In this document: piece by piece, positions 1 through 12,794 of the stretch
How positions within the stretch are numbered: position 1 is the first letter of the stretch
Layout of the letters: each line of letters opens with the position of its first letter
Assembly (NCBI GenBank): GCA_030390025.1
Contig: CM059449.1
Location: forward strand, 30,690,001 to 30,754,000
Length of the DNA: 64,000 nucleotides
Direction of reading: 5' to 3'
Origin: Squalus acanthias
Lineage: Eukaryota
The notes under the pieces: model-generated
The model's input: the letters and a program-made list of their open reading frames with translations, nothing else
The model's database searches: none
Told to the model about the DNA's origin: nothing
Translations under genes and position numbers: made by a program

Positions 1-343
1 GTGATTCAGTTCTCCTCGTTACAATGGTATCAAAACTTCTTTTATACATTATAGGGTCGGATACAAATGTCCTCACCCAATTACATTTCCCCAGCAACAG
101 CTTCTAATTATAATCTGCCCTTTACACAGTTTTTTACTTCCTAACCGAAACTATAAACATCGAAATGTGGTCAGCGTTATCTAGTCTGACTGTCTGGTTA
201 TCCGGTGATTGGTTCCTCGCACATACACATGTTACCCACAGACATTTTCCCATCGCACTGTGTCAGGTTAACCATTTTGTCTTTTACATTGTTGCTTTAA
301 CTTTTACATTCTTGCTTTAAGTCCTATAATTTTTACTCCAACA
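1..343 (-). mobile_element. Probable LTR terminus (partial, runs off the window)
   Basis: AT-rich non-coding block ending CTCCAACA (TGTTGGAG on the - strand), abutting an abruptly starting LINE. The other end is not visible. Confidence 0.35.
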
Positions 344-2070
344 ACAGTATTGGTAGGAGTGACCACCACACAGTCATTGGGGAGACAAAGTCCCATCTTC
401 ACACTGAGGTCACCCTCCACTGTGTTGTGTGGCACTACCACCGTGCTAAATGGAATAGATTCAGAACAGATCTAGCAGCTCAAAACAGAAGCCAGTCTTG
501 AGCCAATTCGATTCACTCCACGTGGTATCAAGAAACGGCCGAGCGTACAGGATACAGCAAAGGCTATGGGCCCCGACAACATCCCGGCTGTAGTGCTGAA
601 GACTCCAGAACTAGCCGCGCCACTAGCCAAGCTGTTCCAGTACAGCTACAACACTGGCATCTACCCGACAAAGTGGAAATTTACCCAGTTATGTCCTGTC
701 CACCAAAAGCAGGACAAATCCAATCCATCCAATTACCACCCCATCAGCCTACTCAATCATCAGCAAAGTGACGAAAGGTGTCATCAACAGTGCTATTAAG
801 CGGCACTTACTCACCAATAACTTGCTCATCAATGCTCAGTTTGGGTTCCGCCAGGACCACTTCACTCCAGACCTCATTACAGCCTTGGTTCAAACATGGA
901 CAAAAGAGCTGAATTCTAGTGGTGAGGTGAGAGTGACTGCCTTTGACATCAAGGCAGCATTTGACCAAGTGTGGCACCAAGGAGCCCTAGTAAAATTGAC
1001 GTCAATGGGAATCAGGGGAAAACTTTTCACTGGCTGGAGTTAGCACAAAGGAAGATGGTTGTGGTTGTTGGAAGCCAATCATCTCAGCCCCAGGACTATG
1101 CTGCTGGAGTTCCTCAGGGCAGTGTCCTCGGCCCAACCATCTTCAGCTGCTTCATCAATGACCTTTCCTCTATCATAGGGTCAGAAATGGGGATGTTCGC
1201 TGATGGTTGCACAGTGTTCAGTTACAATTGCAGCTCCTCAGTTAATGAAACAATCCATGACCGCATGCAGCAAGACCTGGACAACATTCTGGCTTGGGCC
1301 GATAAGTGGAAAGTAACATTCACGCCACATAAGTGCCAGGCAATGACCATCTACAACAAGAGAGAGTCTACCCACCTTTCCTTGACATTCAACCGGATTA
1401 CCATTGCCAAATCCCCCACCATCAACATCTTGGGGGTCACCATTGACCAGAAACTTAACTGGACCAGCCACATAAATACTGTGGCTACAAGAGCAGGTAA
1501 GAGGCTGGGTATTCTGCGGCGAGTGACTCACCTCCTGACCATCCAAAGCCTTTCCACAAGTCAGGAATATGATGGATGAGTGCAGCTCCAACAACACTCA
1601 AGAAGCTTGACACTATTAAGGACAAAGCAGCCCGCTTGATTGGCACCCCATCCACCACCTTAAATATTCACTCCCTCCACCACCGGTGCAATGTGGCTGC
1701 AGTGTGTACCCTCTACAAGATGCACTGCAGCAACTCGCCAAGACTTCTTCGGCAGTACCTCCCAAACCCACAACCTCGACCACCTAGAAGGACAAGGGCA
1801 GCAGGCGCATGGGAACACCACCACCTCCAAGTTCCCCTCCAAGTCACACACCATCCTAACTTGGAAATATATCACCATTCCTTCATCGTCGCTGGGTCAA
1901 AACCCTGGAACTCCCTCCCTAACAGCACTGTGGGAGCACCTTCACCACACGGACTGCAGCGGCTTAAGAAGGTGGCTCACCACCACCTTCTCCAGGGCAA
2001 TTAGGGATGGGCAATAAATGCTGGCCTTGCCAGCGACAGCCTCATCTCATTAATGAATTATTTAAAAAAT
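344..2070 (+). mobile_element. Decayed non-LTR retrotransposon (CR1/L2 group), RT region and 3' end
   Basis: Frameshifted ORFs with [38 protein letters not shown] and FADG; AATAAA at ~2013 and an A-rich end. Confidence 0.92.
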
Positions 2071-2267
2071 AATATAACCCTTTCAGCCCCAGTATCAGTC
2101 TGGTGAATCTGTGCTGCACCCACTCCAAGACCAATATATCCTTTCTGAGGTGTGCCCAGAACAGAACGCATTGGGTCTTAGTTTAATAACTAAGTAAAAC
2201 ACCCCATGCCTCTTCACAGGAGCATTATCAAACAAAATTTGACACCGAGCTCATCAAATTCGCTAAG

Positions 2268-2550
2268 AACATAAGAAATAGGAGCAGGAGTAGGCCATTT
2301 GGACCCTCGAGCCTGCTCCGCCATTTAATGAGATCATGGCTGATCTGATCTTGGGCTCAGCTCCATTTCCCTGCCCGCTCCCCATAACCCTTCATTCCCT
2401 TATTGTTCAAAAATCTGTCTATCTCCACCTTAAATATATTCAATGACTGAGCCTCCACAGCTCTCTGGGGCAGAGAATTCCACAGATTTACGACCCTCTG
2501 AGAGAAGAAATTCCTCCTCATTTTAAATGGGCGACCCCTTATTCTGAAAC
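2268..2550 (-). mobile_element. CR1 3' end fragment
   Basis: RRNFFSQRVVNLWNSLPQ C-terminus plus the CR1 3' UTR hairpin and TTCTTATG-type tail on the - strand. Confidence 0.85.
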
Positions 2551-2714
2551 TAAGGACAAATGGGATATAAAGTGAGCATCGCAATGATGCAGGTTTTTTG
2601 AACTTACAGAAGGGCATTGATAATTCTCCCAAAGAAATAAAATGAACATCCAGATTGGCACTGGATAAAAAATTGGACACGAAATAGGAAACAGAGAGCA
2701 CTTGAAGGAGAGTG

Positions 2715-3130
2715 AAAAAAGAATTTGCATTTTTATAGCACCTTTTACAACCTCAGGACATCTCAACGTGCTTCACAACCTTTTGAAATGTTATAATGTG
2801 GGGAACCGCGATTATTTGGACACAGCAAGCTCCCACGAGCAACAATGATCATTTGTTCTGGGTGGTGTTGGTTGAGTGAGAAATGTTGGCCATGACACCA
2901 GGCTAATTCTCCTGCTCTTCCATAGAATAGTGCCGTGGGCCTTTTACCTCCGCCTAAGAGATGGTTTAACTTCTCAACTGAAAGGTGGTGCTTCCAACAA
3001 TGCAGCTCTCCTTCAGCACTGCACTGGAGTGTGAGCCTGGATTTTGTGCTCAAGTCTCTGGAGTGGGACTTGAACCCACAAGCTTCTGACTTAGACGCAA
3101 ACGTGCTAAAACTAAGCCACAGCTGACACC
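2715..3130 (-). mobile_element. tRNA-headed Deu-type (SacSINE1-like) SINE, unexpanded copy
   Basis: On the - strand: A-box TGGCTTAGTT, B-box GGTTCAAGTCC, one copy of the 33 bp segment, central domain and TGAGGTTGTAAAAGGTGCTATAAAAATGCAA tail. Family name is from recognition, not a search. Confidence 0.75.
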
Positions 3131-3644
3131 TAAATGATGACGGCAAGATCAGGCTGGGGCAATTGATAAGCTCTATTTATACAGTAAGATTATGGTTGAC
3201 TCGACCGTTTATTCAGTAAAATCTTGACTGAGGTGCTTTCTTTTTACAGTGAGATTGTGATTGACTCGAACAAGCTCTGTTTATTCAGCAAGATTTTGAC
3301 TGACTGACACACTGTTTAGACAGTTGATTAGGTCTCACTGTGACTCTGATAAGCCACACCAGAAATCTATCTACATTATGAAAAAATCTTTGGTAGATTT
3401 GATTGCGAATCTAGTCCTAATTTGTGTTTGTAATTCTGCAGTGAGCCTCCAACATTTCTGATTGTACGAATTTCCATACTAATCATGTGGCACTATGGAA
3501 AAATCAGATCCCAACATTTCTTGATGATACATATGAAAAAAGGCTTGGATTTAAATAGCACCTTTCACCACCTCAGGACATCCCAAAGCTTTACAGCCAT
3601 TGAAGTACTTTTGAAGTGTGGTCACCGTTGTAACGTCGGCATGA

Positions 3645-4250
3645 GACTTGACTATGATGTCCTCTACCAACAATAGCCTGCTGGCATTCACTGTCGAGGC
3701 TTGTGTATCAACAGTGGTCACTTGGAAGAGTCCAATTACCACCCCATCAGCCTACTCTCAATCATCAGCAAAGTGATGGAAGGTGTCGTCGACAGTGCTA
3801 TTAAGCGGCACTTACTCACCAATAACTTGCTCACCGATGCTCAGTTTGGGTTCCGCCAGGACCACTTCGCTCCAGACCTCATTACAGCCTTGGTCCAAAC
3901 ATGGACAAAAGAGCTGAATTCTAGTGGTGAGGTGAGAGTGACTGCCTTTAACATCAAGGCAGCATTTGACCAAGTGTGGCACCAAGGAGCCCTAGTAAAA
4001 TTGACGTCAATGGGAATTGGGAAAACTCTTCACTGGCTGGAGTTAGCACAAAGGAAGAGGGTTGTGGTTGTTGGAGGCCAATCATCTCAGCCCCAGGACA
4101 TCGCTGCAGGGGTTCCTCAGGGCAGTGTCCTAGGCCCAACCATCTTCAGCTGCTTCATCAATGACCTTTCCTCCATCATAGGGTCAGAAATGGGGATGTT
4201 CGCTGATGATTGCACAGTGTTCAGTGCCATTCACAACTCCTCAGATACCA
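3645..4250 (+). mobile_element. Second fragment of the same LINE family (RT)
   Basis: ORF 3701-4288 is nearly identical to the 730-1250 region ([21 protein letters not shown]). Confidence 0.9.
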
Positions 4251-4679
4251 GAGGTCAACCTCCACCAGCAGGAAGTCAACCGCTTTGAGGAAAGGAGAGA
4301 GGGGGAGAAAATTGTGGAGGAAATAAGAACGTACAGAGACACGGAACCTGCTTACATGTGCTCAGCGACTCAGTGGATGAACTGACTGAGCCAAAGGCTA
4401 AACCCCACAGTATTTATCCGTCCCCACATCTCAACTATTCAAACCTGGCTGATATATCGTCCACATCTGTCAGGGAAGGAATGATGATGTTTTAGGGTTC
4501 TCCTGATAGCAGAGTGGGTGAATGCACTGCCGGGTGTAGTATCGAGCCCTGCTGAGTGGAAAGGTTGCTGGGTTCGATCCCTGGTCTGTGCTGAATCAGG
4601 CTGACCTTAGTTGAAGATCACGAGTGACGCCTGGGCACTGCGGTGAGGTACCAGAGAGTCATCCTTTCTTGTTGGTGAC

Positions 4680-7040
4680 AGCCGTGGCTCAGTGGTAGCA
4701 CTCTCGCCTCTGAGTCAGAAGGTCGTGGGTTCAAGTCTCACCTCGGAGACTTCAGCACAGAATCTAGGCTGACACTTCAGTGCAGTACTGAGGGTCTGCT
4801 GCACCGTTGGCGGGCAGAAGGAGTGCTGCACTGTTGGAGGGCAGTACTAAGGAAATGCAGCACTGTCGGAGAAGCAGTACTGAGGGAGCCCTACGCTGTT
4901 GGAGAGGCAGTACTGAGGGAGCCCTGTACTGTCGGAAGGGCAGTAGTGAGGGAGTGCTGCACTGTCGGAGGGGCAGTACTGAGGGAGCCCTGTACTGTTA
5001 GAAGGGCAGTAGTGAGGGAGCCGTGCACTGTCGGAGGGGTGGTATTGAGGGAGCCCTGCACGGTTGGAGAGTTAGTATTGCAGGAGCACTGCACTGTCGG
5101 AGAAGCAGTACTGAGGGAGCCCTACAATGTCGGAGGGGCAGTACTGAGGGAGTGCTGCACTGTCGGAGAAGCAGTACTGAGGGAGCCCTGCACTGTCGGA
5201 AGGGTGGTAGTGAGGGTGTGAAGGAATAAGCCATATTCAGAAAAATACACCATTCTATGAAAGAATTCTGGCCTTATTAAAACATGACAAACTGGGTTTG
5301 GAAATCTAAAAACCTAAAAATGGAGAAGCTGTATTGTTAACAGCATTCAGGCTATTGAGATAAGATAAGTTGTTGACACTGAATCAATAACCTTATTGAA
5401 ACACGAGGTTGGAGGCTCCTGAAGTCTGAAGCTTTGGAAAGAACACAATGGTACACCCTGTTAAGGTGTTCTAAATTACACTTTGGAAAGAAACACATAA
5501 AATTAAGAAACATATGCCTTGGGCTTGGGACACCTGATGGAGAGACATAATTCTGCATTGCTACCAGCTGAAGTGACTGTAAGAATAGCAGGGGTCAGCA
5601 GAAAAATGACTAGAGATAATTAGCTTACATCTGCAGAAAACTTCAAAGGAAATATCACTGAAAAAGGAGATATATATTGAACTTTCAAATGGGATGATAG
5701 TCTCGCTGTAAAGGGGAAAAGCGATTCTCAGGCTTCAGAGGCAGCTCTGTAAGTCTACAACTCTTTGTACCTCGGGGATCAAGGTATTGTACTGTATTTG
5801 ATTTTGGTGGATATCCTGGAATAAAGACTGTAACTGTAAAAATGTAGCGAAGTTAAGTTCTGATAATAAGAATTGTAAGCTTTCTCTTTTTGGAACTGTT
5901 AATGTTGCGATTGAAACACCTACTGTAATTACATGTCGGTTCTTTAATAAATCTATGTATTTTTAGAATTGTCTCACATAATACTTCTGTATCAAACTTG
6001 CAAACTCAATCTCTGTACGCTCTTTGGTGAGGAGTTGCAGAATTCTGGGGGAGTTATCCGGACCCTCATAATGTCTGGAACGTCACAGTCTAGCTAAACT
6101 TATTAAAAGTGCTATCTGGAGGATGGTAACATCTTCAGGTTGTTCCTTTCCTTTAGGGAGAGATGGTCCGGACCTTTAGACCCAATTAAGCATCTTTAGG
6201 ATTCGGCTACCTCAAACTTTAGTTGAAAGTGAACGTCTGGGGAATACGCCTGATCCGGGGTAGCCCTAAAGGGGCTAGGACTAGTAATTATCCCTTCAAG
6301 GGAGCCCTGCACTGTCGGAGGGGTAGTATTGAGGGAGCACTGCACTGTTGGAGAGGCAGTACTGAGGGAGCCCTGCACTGTCAGAGGGGTAGTATTGAGG
6401 GAGCAATGCACTGTTGGAGAGGCAGTACTGAGGGAGCTCTGCACTGTCAGAGGGGTAGTATTGAGGGAGCGCTGCACTGTCGGAGGAGTAGTATTGAGGG
6501 AGCGCTGCACTGTCAGAGGGGTAGTATTGAGGGAGCACTGCACTGTTGGAGAGGCAGAACTGAGGGAGCCCTGCACTGTCGGAGGGGCAGTACTGAGGGA
6601 GCCCTGCACTGTCGGAGGGGCAGTACTGAGGGAGTGCTGCACTGTAGGAGAGGCAGTACTGAGGGAGTGCTGCACTATTGGATGGGCAGTACTGGGGGAG
6701 TGCTGCACTGTCGGAGGCGCCGTCTTTCGGATGAGACGTTAAACTGAGGTCCCGTCTGCCCTCTCAGGTGGACATAAAAGATCCCATGGCACTATTTCAA
6801 AGAAGAGCAGAGGAGTTCTCCCCAGTGTCCTGGCCAATATTTATCCCTCAATTAACATCAGTTAAAGCAGATTAACTGGTCATTATCATATTGCTGTTTG
6901 TGGGAGCTTGCTGTGCGCAAATTGGCTGCCGCGTATCCTACATTACAACAGTGACTGCACTTCAAACAGAACTTAATTGGCTGTAAAGCGTTTTGGGATG
7001 TCCTGAGGTCAGGAATGGCGCTGTATAAATTCATCTCTTT
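4680..7040 (+). mobile_element. Deu-type SINE with an internal 33 bp tandem expansion, interrupted by a solo LTR
   Basis: tRNA-like head 4681-4745 (TGGCTCAGTGG, GGTTCAAGTC); repeats 4790-5216 and 6299-6720; SINE body and tail 6720-7040. Confidence 0.85.
5217..6298. mobile_element. Solo LTR (1082 bp)
   Basis: Starts TGTGAAGG and ends CCTTCA (short inverted termini); 4 bp duplication AGGG at 5213-5216 and 6299-6302; AATAAA near 5820 and 5946; cleanly splits the 33 bp array. Confidence 0.8.
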
Positions 7041-7220
7041 GTTGACCCATTGCCAGCGAGAGTCAGTGCATTGAGAAGAGAATGGGAGGGGCGAAATCAG
7101 GAGCCGTATATATACCATTGAGATACAGAAGGTGTAAATAGGGGCGATGGTTAAGTGTTAATAAGGGGCTGGGCCTGAGTGTGAACCCCTGCTGTAAAAG
7201 GCGGACTGCAGACTCCACTC

Positions 7221-7299
7221 CCTGGTAACCAGTGACCAGAACAAGTCCTTTCAGTCTCACTGGATCTGGTTATCGGATCTGCTGCACCTGAGCACCAAT
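7221..7299 (+). promoter_or_regulatory. Putative proximal promoter elements of the class I gene (X-box-like, ISRE-like, CCAAT)
   Basis: CCTGGTAACCAGTGAC (7221-7236) resembles an RFX X1/X2 box; CTTTCAGTCTC (7248-7258) is ISRE-like; CCAAT at 7295-7299. All are 100-180 bp upstream of the ATG, but the spacing is not the canonical SXY module. Confidence 0.3.
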
Positions 7300-7400
7300 A
7301 AACAGCTTCAGCCAGAGTGGTGTTGAAAAGCACAAGAGATTAAGTTACTGTTCCAGCAGCTTCTCTCCTGGTTAATCAGTGCCCCGGGCGACTTTAGAAC

Positions 7401-7452
7401 ATGCTGCTTGTTACTTTACTGAACGTTTACTGTGTGCCCACAGTCTCCTCTG
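7401..7452 (+). CDS. MHC class I heavy chain, exon 1 (signal peptide MLLVTLLNVYCVPTVSS)
   Basis: ATG at 7401 (context AACATG), short hydrophobic leader ending VSS, donor G|GTAAG at 7453. Phase 1 joins exon 2 in frame (G+AT = Asp1). Confidence 0.85.
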
Positions 7453-7869
7453 GTAAGCAATTCAAACAGCTTATATCAGTGGGCAGTATTTCAGGGGACC
7501 CCGAGATTGACAGTATCGTAAGATAGTGTCGAGCTGTCCCTGGGCTTGGAGTATTGCAATGCCTTGGGTGTGTGAGCGATTCAGGGTAAGGATGATCCCT
7601 GCACTGGGGAGGGGTCGCTTGAGAATTTGTGTTACAGACATGTTGTAAGGCCGGGGGGAGGTGGGGGAGGTGTATTTCAATAGAAGGAAAAGCAGCAGGT
7701 TCTGTTATTGACGTGTGATCCTCCTCTCCAGATTTTGCTCACCTGCGCTCCTCCCAGTTGATGCTGAACACTCAGGTGGTGGAGGTGAAAATCTGATTCA
7801 ATATTACTGGACCACAAACATGTTTGAACCTTACAGATATTGTATTCTGGTCGATGTGTTCTTCCTCCT

Positions 7870-8310
7870 CCCTCACACCCCCATCCATTGTCCTTGCCGA
7901 ACCCCTTCGGCTCCTCCAGCTCCACACAACTGACTTTAAGGTTTATTTCTTCACCTTGAAAGCCCTCCCTGGCCTCCACCCTTCCCACCTCTGCAATCTC
8001 CTCCGGTCTCATGTCCCTACATGCCACTTCCACTCCTCCCACTCCAGCCTACATTTCCCCCTCCGCTGCCTCTGTACCACCATTGGTAGCCGCTCCTTCA
8101 GTCTCTCATGCCCCAGCCCTCCATAGCACTCTCCCTCAGCATGTCCACCTTCTCCCGTCCCTCCCTCCAGAAGGCTCCTGTAGCTCCTTCTGTCTGACTG
8201 TGTTATTGGCTCCGCTTAATGCTCCCTTCCGGCTCTCCCTCTTGCTCACTGCTCTGAGGCATCTCTCTGTACATGGGGAGTGCTTTAGTAATGTATGCTG
8301 CTGTACACAG
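7870..8310 (+). mobile_element. Old L2 LINE 3' fragment
   Basis: Translation DFKVYFFTLKALPGLHPSHLCNLL matches the L2 ORF2 C-terminal motif. Confidence 0.6.
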
Positions 8311-9746
8311 TCAAAGCATCTCATAGGAACAGGAGGAGGAGGCCATTCAGCCCCTCGAGCCTGACCGCTATTCAATTAGATCATGGCTGGTCTTTATCTT
8401 AACTCCATCTACCCATCTTCGTTCCATAACTCTCCATACCCTTGCCTAACAAAAATCTATCAATCTCAGTTTTTAAATGTTCAGTTGACCCCCAGCCTCA
8501 ACAACGTTTTAGGGGAGAGAGTTCCAGATTTCCACAAACCTTTGTGTGAAGAAGTGCTTCCTGACATCACCCCCGAATGGCCTGGCTCTAATTTGAAGGT
8601 TATGTCCCCTTGTTCTGAACTCCCCTCACCAGAGGAAATAGTTTCTCTCTATCCACCCTATCAACTCCTGTAATCATCTGAATGACAGCACCCCTTAATT
8701 ACTCTACTTGAGGGAATACAAACCTAGTCTAAGCAACCTGTCCTCATATTTGAACCCTTCCAGCCCCGGTATCAAACTACTTCAAATAGCGAATGATGTT
8801 TCCTACATTACGCCAGTGACTACTCTTCAAAAGTACTTCACTGGCTGTGAAGCTCTGGGACGTCCTGAGGTTTTGAAAGGCGCTGTATAATGTCAATTCT
8901 TTCCCAACCTTCTTGTGCTACTTCAGCAGGGTGACACTGAAGTGGAAGCTGATACGAACCCTGACCTCCGGTCCCACCTTCACCTCACAGAAACACCATG
9001 GACTTTGGCACTGTCCAATGTGCTGCTCGGGCCCAAGAATGACTTTTATATCTGAGCAAACACTGCCGGTTTATTATAGTCTCTGAGTTAGTCAAGGCCG
9101 AAGTGAACTCTGTGTGTCCGATTATGGGGGAGAGTTAGCTGCGACTCTTCAATACTTCAACTGGTGCCAGAGGCACAAATACTCCGTTACTGACTCACCA
9201 AACAATGAGAAGCGTTGATTCTCTTTACTTTACCAAACCCCTGATAGTTTGGATCCCTCTGTCAGATCCCCTCGACCTGCTCTGTTCCAGTGAAAAGAAT
9301 CCCGGTCTGTCTTCGTAACTCAAGCCGCTCACGCCTGGGGATCAGCCGAGCAAATCTCTTCCGCACCTTCTCCGTGACCTTGACATCCTTCTTTAAATAT
9401 GGTATCCAACATTGGACACTACATTCTAACTGTGATCTTTGGAATTCTCTACCTCAGAGGGCTATGGATGCTCAGTCGATGAGTATATTCAAGACTGAGA
9501 TCGATAGATTATTGGGCACTAAGGGAATCAAGTGATAGGACATTAAAGTGGAGTTGAGGTAGAAGACCAGCTATGATCTTATTGAACGGTGGAGCAGGCT
9601 CGAGGGGCCGTATGGCCTACTCATGCTCTTATTTCTTATGTTTTTATGTTCTAACGAGGTTTAGCATTAACCGGTGTTATTTCCACTTTGAGTTACTTTA
9701 CAATCGCCGGCATATTTGAGACTGGTATCTGTTTGTGATCCTGCAG

Positions 9747-10007
9747 ATTTTCACACTCTCGCATTTTACTACCTACTGAACCATGGCCGGGCCGAGCTGC
9801 CCGAGTACAGTTTGGTGGTGATGCTAGATGACTATCAGATAGCGTATTTCGACAGCACCCTGCCGCGGACTGTGCCCAGGCAGCAGTGGATGGCCGACTC
9901 CTTCCAGAGGGATCACTGGGACGCGATGACTATCACAATGGCAGGCTTCCATGGCCTCGTCAGAGGAAACGCTGAGATGTTTTACCGACAGCGCCATGGT
10001 GCTTCGA
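9747..10007 (+). CDS. MHC class I heavy chain, exon 2 (alpha1 domain)
   Basis: Acceptor CTGCAG at 9741-9746, donor GTAAGT at 10008, 261 nt, phase 1/1. Translation DFHTLAFYY..LPEYSLVVMLDDYQIAYFDS..PRQQWM..HWD matches class I alpha1 motifs (H3, DD-x-Q, FDS, PR-xx-W, WD). Confidence 0.95.
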
Positions 10008-10353
10008 GTAAGTGTCCTCACAGAGATGGTGCAGCTACCCTGTGGCAGTAGGAAGGAATTTGTGTCGATACGGAGCCTTATGCTGTCTCTCAGAAACGGC
10101 CCGAACCACTTCACACCCAATAACTGACTTGGAATTAGCTGGTCATTGTCGCTTTCTGAGAGCAGCATGGCAGCTATTTGGTGCACAGTAAATAGCAATG
10201 AGATGAGTGATTTGTTCATCTGCTGTTGCTGGTGTGCATTGAGGGATAAATGTTGGCCATGAAACTGGGATGAATCGCTGGTAGGTTTTATTAGTGTTTA
10301 ACTGAACAGACAGACGGGGCCTTGAATTAAGGTCGCATTTAAAAGACGGCATC

Positions 10354-12312
10354 TCCGACAGTGCAGCACTCCCTCAGTACTGCCCCTCCGACAGTGTAAA
10401 GCTCCTTCAGTACTGCCCCTCTGACAGTGCAGCATTCCCTCAGTACTGCCCCTCCGACAGTGCAGCACTCCCTCAGTACTGCCTCTCCGACAGTGTAAAG
10501 CTCCTTCAGTACTGCCCCTCTGACAGTGCAGCACTTCCTCAGTAGTGCCCCTCTGACACTATGGCACTCCCTCAGTACTGCCCCTCCGACAGTGCAACAC
10601 TCCCTCAGAACTGCCGCTTCGACAGTGCAACGCTCCCTCAGATCTGTCCCTCCAACAGAGCAGATCTCCTTCAGTACTGCCCCTTTGAGAGTGCAGCACT
10701 CCCTCAGTACTGCACCTTCGACAGTGCAGCACTCCCTCAGTACTGCCCCTCCGACAGTGCAACACTCCCTCAGTATTGCCCCGCCGACAGTGTAGAGCTC
10801 CTTCAGTTCTGCCCCTCTGACAGTGCAGCACTCCCTCAGTACTGCCCCTCGGACAGTGCAGCACTCCCTCAGTACTGCCCCTTCAACAGTGCAGCGCTCC
10901 CTCCGTACTGCCCCTCCGACAATGCAGCACTCCCTCAGTACTGCCCCCCCAACATTGCAGCGCTCCCTCAGTACCGCCGCTCCGACAGTGCAGCAGTCCC
11001 TCAGTACCACCCCTCCGACAGTGCAGCGCTCCCTCAGTACTGCCCCTCCGACAGTTCAGCTCTCCCTCAGTACTGCCCCTCCGACAGTGCAGCACTCCCT
11101 CAGTACTGCCCCTCCGACAGTGCAGCACTCCCTCAGTACCGCCCCTCGACAGTGCAGCACTCCCTCAGTACTGCCCCTCTGACAGTGCAGCATTCCCTCA
11201 GTACTGCCCCTCCGACAGTGCAGCACTCCCTCAGTACTGCCCCTCCGACAGTGTAACGCTCCTTCAGTACTGCCCCTCTGACAGTGCAGCACTTCCTCAG
11301 TAGTGCCCCTCTGACACTATGGCACTCCCTCAGTACTGCCCCTCCGACAGTGCAACGCTCCCTCAGAACTGCCGCTTCGACAGTGCAACGCTCCCTCAGA
11401 TCTGTCCCTCCAACAGAGCAGATCTCCTTCAGTACTGCCCCTTTGAGAGTGCAGCACTCCCTCAGTACTGCACCTTCGACAGTGCAGCACTCCCTCTGTA
11501 CTGCCCCTCCGACAGTGCAACACTCCCTCAGTATTGCCCCTCCGACAGTGTAGAGCTCCTTCAGTTCTGCCCCTCTGACAGTGCAGCACTCCCTCAGTAC
11601 TGCCCCTCGGACAGTGCAGCACTCCCTCAGTACTGCCCCTTCAACAGTGCAGCGCTCCCTCCGTACTGCCCCTCCGACAATGCAGCACTCCCTCAGTACT
11701 GCCCCCCCAACATTGCAGCGCTCCCTCAGTACCGCCGCTCCGACAGTGCAGCAGTCCCTCAGTACCACCCCTCCGACAGTGCAGCGCTCCCTCAGTACTG
11801 CCCCTCCGACAGTTCAGCTCTCCCTCAGTACTGCCCCTCCGACAGTGCAGCACTCCCTCAGTACTGCCCCTCCGACAGTGCAGCACTCCCTCAGTACCGC
11901 CCCTCGACAGTGCAGCACTCCCTCAGTACTGCCACTCCGACAGTGCAGCGCTCCCTCAGTACTGCCCCTCCGACAGTGCAGCTCTCCCTCAGTACTGCCC
12001 CTCCGACAGTGCAGCACTCCCTCTGTACTGCCCGTCCGACAGTGCAGCACTCCCTCAGTACTGCCCCTCCGACAGTGCAGCACTCCCTCAGTACCGCCCC
12101 TCCGACAGTGCAGCGCTCCCTCAGTACTGCCCCTCCGACAGTGCAGCACTCCCTCAGTACCGCCCCTCCGACAGTGCAGTGCTCCCTCAGTACTGCGCCT
12201 CCGACAGTGCAGCATTCCCTCAGCATTGCCCCTCCGAGAGTGCAGCACTCCCCCAGTACTGCCCCTCCGACGGTGCAGCGCTCCCTCAGTACTGCCCCTC
12301 CTACAGTGCAGT
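10354..12312 (-). repeat. 33 bp minisatellite (ACAGTGCAGCACTCCCTCAGTACTGCCCCTCCG)n, SINE-derived, in intron 2
   Basis: Direct tandem repeat contiguous with a - strand SINE body (~10090-10353); internal 758 bp duplication (10526 vs 11284). Confidence 0.95.
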
Positions 12313-12794
12313 CAATTTAGGAAAACAAATTCCTCTGTGTCCTCCACAGAGAATTGAGGAAGGTGCAGGAGACATCAGTGGCTGTCATCACTGGTGCCCG
12401 TTAACCCCATACACCCTCTATAACTCGAGATATCGGCCAGCTCCCTTTCCAACACAGGGGAGGTACCAGAGGACTGGAGGACAGCTAACGTAGTACCATT
12501 ATTCAAGAAGTGTAGTAGGGATAAACCAGGGAATTACTGGCCAGTGAGCCTAACATCAGTGGTAGGGAAATTATTGGAAAAAATTCTGAAGGACAGAATT
12601 AGCCTCCACTTGGTGAGGCAAGGATTAATCAAGGATAGTCAGCATGGCTTTGTCAGGGGGAGATCATGGCCAATCAATTTGACTGAATTTTTCGAGGGGC
12701 TGACTAGGTGAGTGGATGAGGGTAGTGCAGTTGGTGTAGTCTACATGGACTTCAGTAAGGCTTTTGACAAAGGCATGGGAGACTGGTCAAGAAG

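Noticed and set aside
4681-4745. tRNA gene
   Set aside because: The A and B boxes run directly into the SINE body; it is a SINE head without a complete cloverleaf or terminator.
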